DNA of 25,084 nucleotides from Phycisphaeraceae bacterium (GTDB lineage Bacteria; Planctomycetota; Phycisphaerae; Phycisphaerales; Zrk34): NCBI GenBank assembly GCA_028282805.1, contig JANQHD010000012.1, positions 1 to 25,084 of the forward strand, read 5' to 3'. Shown piece by piece: positions 17,383 to 24,700 of this stretch (position 1 is its first letter; each line of letters starts with the position of its first letter). The notes under the pieces were generated by a model. It saw only the letters and a program-made list of their open reading frames with translations, ran no database searches and was not told where the DNA came from. The position numbers and the translations under genes were made by a program.

Positions 17383-17454
17383 TCGCGATGGCTGGATTTG
17401 AACCAGCAACCTTTCCCGTATGAAGGGCCTGCTCTGCCGTTGAGCTACATCGCG
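17383..17454 (-). tRNA. tRNA-Met or Ile2 (anticodon CAU), elongator-type, weak anticodon stem
   Basis: Acceptor CGCGATG/CATCGCG (paired 1-72), D-arm GCTC-AACGGCA-GAGC, anticodon loop TTCATAC with only 3 G-C pairs in the stem (two G.A oppositions), T-arm GCTGG-TTCAAAT-CCAGC. It is 6 nt from fMet. Confidence 0.6.
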
Positions 17455-17475
17455 TTCTTTACTTGTCAATGGTCG
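17451..17475 (-). promoter_or_regulatory. Copy 2 of the 17-nt motif TTGACAAGT[G/A]AAGAACG, filling the spacer between tRNA-Val-GAC and tRNA-Met
   Basis: The minus-strand reading is cgaccaTTGACAAGTAAAGAACGcg. It is only about 10 nt upstream of the tRNA-Met 5' end, so it is unlikely to be a -35 for that tRNA. It is more likely a shared processing or recognition element. Confidence 0.35.
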
Positions 17476-17543
17476 CGGCTGGATTCGAACCAGCGACTTC
17501 CTGCGCGTCATGCAGGCGATCTACCGGGCTGATCTACGCGACC
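17470..17543 (-). tRNA. tRNA-Val (anticodon GAC)
   Basis: Acceptor GGTCGCG/CGCGACC, D-arm GATC-AGCCCGGTA-GATC, anticodon arm CCTGC-ATGACGC-GCAGG, T-arm GCTGG-TTCGAAT-CCAGC. Confidence 0.75.
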
Positions 17544-17556
17544 GTGTTTTTATCAA

Positions 17557-17628
17557 TGGCCTTGACGGGACTCGAACCCGCGGCTCCGCCTTGAAGGGGC
17601 GGCATGCTGCCAATTGCACCACAAGGCC
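17557..17628 (-). tRNA. tRNA-Glu (anticodon UUC), atypical C33; first tRNA of the array in the transcription direction
   Basis: Acceptor GGCCTTG/CAAGGCC, D-arm GTGC-AATTGGCA-GCAT, anticodon arm CCGCC-CCTTCAA-GGCGG with C33. T-arm GCGGG-TTCGAGT-CCCGT. Confidence 0.65.
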
Positions 17629-17989
17629 TCGAATGCAGTAAATCACTGCATTTCAGCGTGCTCCCTGGATTTTGGTCGTGGGTTGCCGGGCTTACGCGGC
17701 GAGCCGTGATACGGGCATGCCGAATCGGCTTATGTGCCCGAACCAGGCGGCGAGCCCCGGCGTGGTATCCAGGAGCACACCGGCGGTGCCGTTCGGATAC
17801 CCTGGGCCTCTGCCGACCGCGCCCGAAAGAATCCCGGGCTCGGCCAAGGCGCCGAACAGCAACGCACAGGACGTGCGTTCGAAGGTATTCAGTTTTTGCT
17901 GTTCGGCGTTCATCGTTTTACCTGCCTCGTATCGAGGTACTCGTTTCGTGACTGCGCGGAAATATATCGGCGCATCCTGCCGTATGCAA

Positions 17990-18030
17990 CAACAAAAATC
18001 GCGAATCGCAAGAAAAACTATTCGCGCGAT
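17990..18030 (-). terminator. Rho-independent terminator of the ECF sigma / anti-sigma operon (AAATCGCGCGAAT...ATTCGCGATTT then TTTGTTGTTG on the minus strand)
   Basis: An inverted repeat in an AT-richer region lies about 50 nt downstream of the anti-sigma stop (18081), followed by a T-rich run on the transcribed strand. It separates the operon from the tRNA array. Confidence 0.5.
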
Positions 18031-18080
18031 TTGTAAGTAACGGTTATTGAGAGTTTGTAAGTTCGCTCCGCGTCCGCCGG

Positions 18081-19682
18081 TCAGTCTTTAGCGCCGGGCG
18101 GTTCGCTGTCGATCAGCACGCGGATGTGGTCGTAGTGCCGACCGCTCAGTTGCAGGGTGATCGTCTGGCCGTCGGGTTGGATCGTGAGCAGGTCGGCGTT
18201 GTCGCCCTTGTCGATCCCGCGCACGCCGGTGCCGTACGCCGTCAGCGGGTACTTGGTGCCGGTTCGCTTAAAGAGCTTGTCGGTTTCGAACATCGCTTTG
18301 TTGTTTGCGATCACGCCAAGGATCGGCCGGGGGAACTTGATGGTCATGTGGGCTGTCTTGACCTTCGTGTTCTCGGCGCGGGCCGCGTCGAAGTGGATGA
18401 GGTACGAGTCGACCACGCTCCCGGCCTTGATCTTCTTCATCCTGTCGCGCAGCTCGTGAGCCTTGTATTTCCCGGGCTCTCGGATGACGTCGCCGAGGGG
18501 TTGGGCGAGCTTGACGTTGCGCCGTTCGTTGAAGACCACGGCGAACTTGTTGGTGTGGAATCGCTCGGGCCTGACCGTCGCCGGCGCACGCCGGTTCCAC
18601 TTCACGTCGCCGCTCAGTTCCAGTTCCAGGGTGTTGTACGAATCGGCGAGCGTGCGTGTGAACGCGTGGTCGTAAGGGATATGGGTGACCGCGGGTTCGA
18701 CGCTGCCCGTGTGATCCACGACGCCCTGCCAGCCGGCGCTGAGCACGACGTTGTTGGTCGCGGTCTGGTTCTTGTCGTGCCCCTTCAGGTCCACCTTGCC
18801 CTCGAACACGGCCGCGAGGGTCGAGCCGTCCGCCGACACCTCGACGCCGAACTCGGTGCCGAGGTCGACGACCCTGGCTTGCGGTGTGTTGACGGTGAAC
18901 TTGGCGGCCCCGGGCGTGATGCGTGCCACGAGCTTGCCGCGGTGCAGCGTCAGTTCGTTGTCGTTGGTCAACTCGAACCGACACGGGCCGTCCAGCAGCA
19001 CCTTGGCGCCCCGGTCGAACAGGATCTCGCCGATGCCCTCTTTCGTCACGTAATGACCGGGAGCCAGCCTGCTGCCGACGGCCGGCTGTGCGCCGTCTTC
19101 GTCCCACACCAGCCCGTGGTCGGCCGCGAGGGTGACGAACGCCTCGTTGTCCGCCGGCGTCTGGTTGAGGTAGAACAGCCCGAGCAGCACGGCGATGAGA
19201 ATCAGGGCCGCCGCCAGGTACTTGCGGGCGTTGCCTTGCCGCGGCGTGCGGTCGACGGTCTTCTGGTAAACGCGTACGCCCAGCATGTTCAACACGGCGT
19301 GGTGGTCGTCGTCCTTGGCATTGTTCGAGGTGTCGCGCGTCTTGCGGCTTTTGGCTGGCTTACGCTGGTACTCGGGCAGGTCGAGCAGCGGCGGGGTGTC
19401 CTGCGTGTCCTGGCGTGCGGGTGGGTTTTCGATCGCCGAACCGACGTCGATGGTCTGGCCGGTCTCTGCGTTCTTGTTCTTCAGCAGGGTGTGGATCGAA
19501 TCGCCCAGGTCGTTGACTTCCAACAGGCGTTGGACGTTGGTGTGCACCATGGTGAGTTCGGCGAACAGCTCCGCGTGCTCGGGCGATCCCTCCAGCCAGT
19601 CGCGCAAACGCAGTTGGTCTTCCTCCGACAGGGTGTCGTCGAGGTAGCCGTGGATCAATTGGATGGCTAGTTCTTCGGTCAT
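18081..19682 (-). CDS. FecR-like anti-sigma factor (N-terminal anti-sigma domain, one TM helix, periplasmic FecR domain plus a C-terminal extension)
   Basis: The ATG at 19682 lies 5 nt after the sigma-gene stop (translational coupling). N-terminus MTEELAIQLIHGYLDDTLSEEDQLRLRDWLEGSPEHAELFAEL, TM segment YLAAALILIAVLLGLFYL, FecR-like beta region TLHRGKLVARITPGAAKFTVNTPQARVVDLGTEFGVEV. The longer track ORF start overlaps the sigma gene. Confidence 0.7.
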   Translation of the reverse strand: MTEELAIQLIHGYLDDTLSEEDQLRLRDWLEGSPEHAELFAELTMVHTNVQRLLEVNDLGDSIHTLLKNKNAETGQTIDVGSAIENPPARQDTQDTPPLLDLPEYQRKPAKSRKTRDTSNNAKDDDHHAVLNMLGVRVYQKTVDRTPRQGNARKYLAAALILIAVLLGLFYLNQTPADNEAFVTLAADHGLVWDEDGAQPAVGSRLAPGHYVTKEGIGEILFDRGAKVLLDGPCRFELTNDNELTLHRGKLVARITPGAAKFTVNTPQARVVDLGTEFGVEVSADGSTLAAVFEGKVDLKGHDKNQTATNNVVLSAGWQGVVDHTGSVEPAVTHIPYDHAFTRTLADSYNTLELELSGDVKWNRRAPATVRPERFHTNKFAVVFNERRNVKLAQPLGDVIREPGKYKAHELRDRMKKIKAGSVVDSYLIHFDAARAENTKVKTAHMTIKFPRPILGVIANNKAMFETDKLFKRTGTKYPLTAYGTGVRGIDKGDNADLLTIQPDGQTITLQLSGRHYDHIRVLIDSEPPGAKD

Positions 19683-19687
19683 GGTCT

Positions 19688-20239
19688 CTACTCGGCGTTT
19701 TGCATTCTCTCGTTCATACACGCCCGCAGGCTCTCGCGGATCCGGCACAGCGTCACCGAGATGCCCCGGCTCGACAGCCCGAGGCGCTCGCTGATGTCGC
19801 GCGGCTTCATGTCACGCACGTAACGCAACTCCAACAGGTGGCGGGCGCGTTGCGTCAGCCGGGTCATGCACTGCTCGAGAGCCTCGATGACCAGGCTGTT
19901 GCGGGGCAGGTTGTCCAGGTAGTACGCCGCCACGCGGTCGATCGTGTCGGTGTTGAACATGACCACGCGGTGGCGTTTCTCGTCGCGCCAGTACTTGAGC
20001 ACGCGGTTGCGGGCGATGCCCAACACCCAGCCGTTGAAGTGCCTCTCGTCGGGGCGGGGGGTGTTATCGGACAGGATTGCCACGGCCACCTGTTGGACGA
20101 TGTCTTCCACGTCTTCGGGGCGGTTGACCATCGAGCGTACGTACGACAACACCGTGGGGTGGATCCCCGCCCAGCGGCGGGCGACCGACTCCACCTTCAT
20201 GCCTTCCGCTTTCTCGCGATTGGTCGTTTCGTCCTGCAT
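19688..20239 (-). CDS. ECF (sigma-70 family, group IV) RNA polymerase sigma factor
   Basis: Region 2 (VEDIVQQVAVAIL...WVLGIARNRVLKYWR) and region 4 HTH (DISERLGLSSRGISVTLCRIRESL) are present. The start is ambiguous between the ATG at 20239, the ATG at 20200 and the GTG at 20260. Confidence 0.75.
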   Translation of the reverse strand: MQDETTNREKAEGMKVESVARRWAGIHPTVLSYVRSMVNRPEDVEDIVQQVAVAILSDNTPRPDERHFNGWVLGIARNRVLKYWRDEKRHRVVMFNTDTIDRVAAYYLDNLPRNSLVIEALEQCMTRLTQRARHLLELRYVRDMKPRDISERLGLSSRGISVTLCRIRESLRACMNERMQNAE

Positions 20240-20326
20240 CTCATATCGTCCGCACCGCACCTGCGATGGCTAATCATAGAGTACCCCCTGGGGTGGGTTG
20301 TTAGCATTTAAATGAGCCAATTACTT

Positions 20327-20353
20327 GACGTATCGCGCAAAAAGCCCGTTTCA
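20327..20353 (-). promoter_or_regulatory. ECF-type promoter TGAAAC-17nt-CGTC (minus strand), probable autoregulated promoter of the sigma/anti-sigma operon, embedded in an imperfect inverted repeat (20297-20391)
   Basis: The minus strand reads TGAAAC (20353-20348), then a 17-nt spacer, then CGTC (20330-27), about 65-85 nt upstream of the candidate sigma starts. This resembles B. subtilis sigW/sigX-type ECF promoters. The flanks GTTGTTAGC/GCTAACAAC and GCCAATTA/TAATTGGC are inverted repeats and a possible operator. Confidence 0.4.
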
Positions 20354-20862
20354 GCGTGGTTTGTTCGGATAATTGGCCTTCACAGCTAACAACTCGTCGC
20401 TTGGGGGTACTGGTATATCAATCGGGAAGAGGGCGATCGGCGCTGCAACCGGACAGCGAGGTTCGTTGTCTGGTGTGGGCCCTTTCGCGGATTGGAAGCC
20501 ATGATGTGGTTGCACTTCCCGAATCTTCTCATATCAATCCGCCGCGGCCTGTTGGACGACCGCCCTCTGTGGGCCTCGTCTGCGTTTCATCTCGTGGGTA
20601 CGGGCTGGCCGGAGTGTCAAGATCGTACATGTGACGGTTCTGCAAAGACACGCACCCCGGTTTGTGCCGGTGCCTGAATCACGCACCGACCGTCGGCCGC
20701 CGGATCAGGTGGCCTTGGAATAGGAGGAATGGTGATGCCTGAATAACTCAAGCCCCGCGAGCAGCGCATCGCAATCGCGGCGCGGTGAACTCGGGGCTTG
20801 TGGAGAAGAGAGCGGCGACAAGTTTGTTCGGAAACCGCTTCTTTGATGAAGGAGTCAGTGAG

Positions 20863-21624
20863 ATGAAATTATTCAGTACGGCCTTTATGGCCGCCCTCTT
20901 GGTCGGGGCCTCCGTGGCCTCGGCGGGGATCGTGACCGACAACCTGTTCTACGATGGTGGCAACAAGACCGCGGCGACCCACGACTACAACACCGGCACG
21001 CTCACCGATGCGGGGACCGGTATCGAGTTCGAGGCGGTCATCACCATCACCGCCGCGGGCGGCGACCTCAAGACCAACGGCGGCACGTCCGACCGCGAAT
21101 GGGGTGTGACCGGCGGCAACAACGCGATCGACACCGCCGGTGAATCGATCACGGCAACCCTCACCAGCATCACCATCACCAACGACAACGGTTTTGGTGG
21201 GGCCGCCAACGTCACCTTCGATGGCTTTACAGACATCCTGCTGTACTTCGTCGGCAACGACGGCGACGCCGGCAAGGTGACCGACGGCACGAGCGCGCTC
21301 TTCCAGTGGGAAGGCACGCTCGACCCCGGCGGCGCCGACTTCGGCGACACCGTGATCTCCGTGGGCAGCGGCCTGCAGACCTATGGTGAGTCCGGCGAGA
21401 GCGCGGTGAGCGTCAACAACGCTCGGATCGACGTCTCGGGCACACTGCCCTCGACGCTCGTCGCCGAGTTCGTCGCCCACTCCGGCGGCGGCGCGACCGC
21501 TCCGGCCGACCCCAACCGCTGGCGCATCGATGACCTCGGCGTGCAGTTCACCGTCACCCCCGAACCGGCCAGCCTCGCGCTGCTCGGCCTCGGCGGCCTG
21601 ATGGTGCTCCGTCGTCGTCAGTGA
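20863..21624 (+). CDS. Secreted PEP-CTERM sorting-domain protein (253 aa)
   Basis: The ATG at 20863 has a GAAGGAG RBS and a signal peptide MKLFSTAFMAALLVGASVASA. The protein is Thr/Gly/Asp-rich. The C-terminal tail is VTPEPASLALLGLGGLMVLRRRQ, a PEP-CTERM signal. Confidence 0.8.
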   Translation: MKLFSTAFMAALLVGASVASAGIVTDNLFYDGGNKTAATHDYNTGTLTDAGTGIEFEAVITITAAGGDLKTNGGTSDREWGVTGGNNAIDTAGESITATLTSITITNDNGFGGAANVTFDGFTDILLYFVGNDGDAGKVTDGTSALFQWEGTLDPGGADFGDTVISVGSGLQTYGESGESAVSVNNARIDVSGTLPSTLVAEFVAHSGGGATAPADPNRWRIDDLGVQFTVTPEPASLALLGLGGLMVLRRRQ

Positions 21625-21639
21625 GATCGTTTGACTTAC

Positions 21640-21676
21640 CGGTCGCGGGCTTCACGGCCCGCGACCGATTTCTTCC
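21640..21676 (+). terminator. Rho-independent terminator (CGGTCGCGGGC-TTCAC-GCCCGCGACCG then ATTTCTTCC)
   Basis: An 11-bp perfect GC stem plus a T-rich tail 15 nt after the PEP-CTERM gene stop. Confidence 0.65.
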
Positions 21677-21766
21677 GGGCAGGTTTGGAGAAAGCACGAA
21701 CACGCCCGATACACCGCACGCAACCCGCGGGTCCGGCGCGGGCACTGGAGCGGCAAGACTTTGTTC

Positions 21767-24700
21767 ATGAATAAGCACCTATCCGTTGTTGTCAGCGCCC
21801 TGGCGCTGGTCGTGGCCTTGGCCGCCGCCCTCGACGTCTCGGCCCAGGGATCGCCCAACGTGATCGTCATCATCTCCGACGACGCGGGCTACGCGGACTT
21901 CGGGTTCATGGACGGGCTCAGCGGCGAGACTTCGCAGGTGCCCACCCCCAACCTCGACGCCCTGGCCGCGCGCGGCGTGACCATGTCCAACGCCTACACC
22001 GCCATGGTGTGCAGCCCCTCACGCGCCGCGATCACCACCGGCGGCTACCAGCAACGCGTCGGCTACGAGTACAACATCAACAACCTCACCTCCGCCACCG
22101 GCCCGTTCGAGGGCCTGCCCGTCGAAACGACGACGATCTGGGAGCGCATGAAGTCGGTCGGTTACACCACCGGCGCGGTCGGCAAGTGGCACGTCGGCTC
22201 CATCGCCGACACCTCGCCCACCGAGTTCGGCAACCGCCCCCAGCGCCAGGGCGTCGACGAGTTCTACGGCCTGTGGCGCGGCTCGCGCAACTACAACGTC
22301 GGCGGCCAGACCAACGAGACCCGCGTCATCCGCGAGACCCTCGTCGACGCGCTGGGCAACGTGGCCGACACCGTCATCGAATCCGCCCACAGCGGCGAGT
22401 ACATCACCGAGACGTTCGGCCAGTTCGCCGTCAACTACATCGCCGACCACCACAACGACACCAACCCGTTCTTCCTGTACCAGGCGTTCACCGCGCCGCA
22501 CGGGCCGCTCAACAACTCGCCCGACATCAACGACCCCCGCCTCGCCGGGCTCTCGGGCAACCGCAAGAAGTACGCGTCGATGATGCTCACGATGGACGAC
22601 GAGATCGGCCGCATCCTCGACACGCTCGAAGACCCCAACAACGACGGCAACAACGCCGACAGCATCACCGACGACACGCTGATCATCTTCATCAACGACA
22701 ACGGCGGCGCCAGCTCCAACGCCAGCGACAACGGCCACCTCCGCGACTTCAAGGGCACGCCCTACGAGGGCGGCATCCGCGTGCCGATGATCATCGCCGG
22801 CGCCGGCGTCGATCCCTCCGTCGAGGGCACGGTCTACGACAAGCCGGTCCACTCGGTCGACATCCTGCCCACCGCGTTCGCCGCGGGCGGCGGCTCGTTC
22901 GGCCCCGCCGACACTGGGATCGACGGCGTCGACCTGCTGCCCTACATCAACGGCACGAACACCGCCGACCCCCACGACGTGATCGTCGTCCGCTCGGCCG
23001 ATGAGGTCGGCGTCCGCAAGGGCGACTGGAAGCTCGTCAAGAACGGCAGCGGCGCAAGCTTCCAGCTGTTCAACCTCGCCACCGACATCGGCGAATCGAC
23101 CAACGTCGCCGGCGCCAACCCCACGGTCCTCGCCGAGTTGCAGCACAACCTGACCGAGGTCGAGTCGGAATACGACAAGCCGCGCTTCGCGCAGCTCAAC
23201 TCCGGCCAGGCCACGGTCAACATCTTCGACCACTTCACGTTCCGCCCCGAGGCCGGCGGCGCGCAGCCGGGTGCAAACGTGCTGACCAACAGCGGCTTCG
23301 AAAACGGCGCGACCATCGACGGCAGCCCGTTCCACACCTTCGAGGAGCTGACCGACTGGTCGAACAACGGCGACAACACCTCCCCGGCCAAGGACGAGGT
23401 CGCCGCGCGCAACGACAACGCCTTCGCCGGCTCGTACCGCGGGCTGATCTCCGGCCTGCGCACGCCGTACCAGGTCACCGGCCACGTCATCGCCCTCGGC
23501 GAAGAGTTCTCGATCAACCTGGCGACCAGCGGGCAGTTCTCGCAGTGGGACGTGGGCGTCGACAGCATCAACATGGAGCTGTTCTACCTCGACGCCGGCA
23601 ACAACGCCGTCGTGCTCGACACGATCAACGTCGTGCCGACCGGCTCGTGGGCCACGTCCTCGCACACGTTCGCGGCCATCACCGACGCCGGTGCGGTCGG
23701 CCGGTTGCTCGGCATCCGCTTCGACTCGCTCGGCGGCAACAGCGAGTTCGCCGGGCTCGACGAGATCACGCTCGGGCTGGCCACCGCCTCGCCCGTGTTG
23801 CAGATGAACTGGTCGGCCGGGGGCGCCTGGGTCGAGGGCAGCACCAGCAACGTCGAAACCATGTTCCACACCGACGCCTTCGCCGGCGCGGTGCTCGAGT
23901 TCCCCGTGGCCGACACCGTCAGCTACGTCGCCACCAACGACATGACCCGCTCGACCGGGCTCGAGTTCATGCTGAACAAAATGGTCTTCAGCGGCGCGTT
24001 CGGCGGGGGGTCGGACCAGTCCGGCACGATCGAGGGCAACGCGGTGCTCTTCACCGATTCGCTCGACGGCGTCGGGCCGCAGCTCGTGATCAGCGCCACC
24101 AACGGCGGCGGAGGCGGTCCCTTCGCCCCCAGTTCGACCGGCCCGCAGTTCACCTACGACATCGACCTGGACCTGGTGATGTTCGACGACCTGACGATCG
24201 CCGGCAACGGCGGCGTCGAGGTCACGATCAACGGCCAGGTCCGCGACTACGCCGACCCGCGCAACCTGACCAAGACGGGGTTGAGCAAGGTCACCCTCGC
24301 GGGCGACAACACCTACGCCGGCCACACCACGATCGCCGGCGGCACGCTCGCGTTGGCCGGTGCGGCGACGCTGAGCAACACAACCGGCATCGAGGTGCAG
24401 GCCGGCGCGACCTTCGACGTGTCCGCTACGAACACCGGCGGCTTCACGCTCGGCTCGGGCCAGACGCTCGGCGGCGGCGGCTCGGTCGTCGGTGACATCG
24501 ACGCCGACGCGGGCGCGACGGTCAGCCCCGGTTCGAGTATCGGCACGCTGAACGTGGCCGGCGATTACACGCAAGACGCCTCGGCCGTGCTCGTGATCGA
24601 AGCCGACGGCGTCACGGACACAAGCGACCAACTCGCGGTGACGGGCAACGTGACGCTCGCCGGTGCGCTTTCGGTCGACCAATTGACCACGGCCGACGCG

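Noticed and set aside
17692-17913. 73-aa minus-strand ORF between the tRNA array and the sigma-operon terminator
   Set aside because: Weak RBS and no recognisable features. The region more plausibly holds the array promoter. It is left uncalled, although a small protein cannot be excluded.
18126-19670. 514-aa + strand ORF
   Set aside because: Antisense to the FecR-like anti-sigma gene, which has a TM helix and FecR domain in the proper frame.
20356-20677. Small + strand ORFs 20356-20634 and 20492-20677 in the sigma/PEP-CTERM intergenic region
   Set aside because: No RBS, and overlapping each other in different frames. The region is better explained as promoter/operator DNA for the divergent operons.
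22019-24682. 887-aa ORF on the minus strand, and + strand ORFs 22009-23004 and 23545-24495
   Set aside because: They are antisense or out of frame relative to the sulfatase/PEP-CTERM gene at 21767-25084, which carries clear catalytic and sorting motifs. Their translations are Arg/Gly-rich nonsense.
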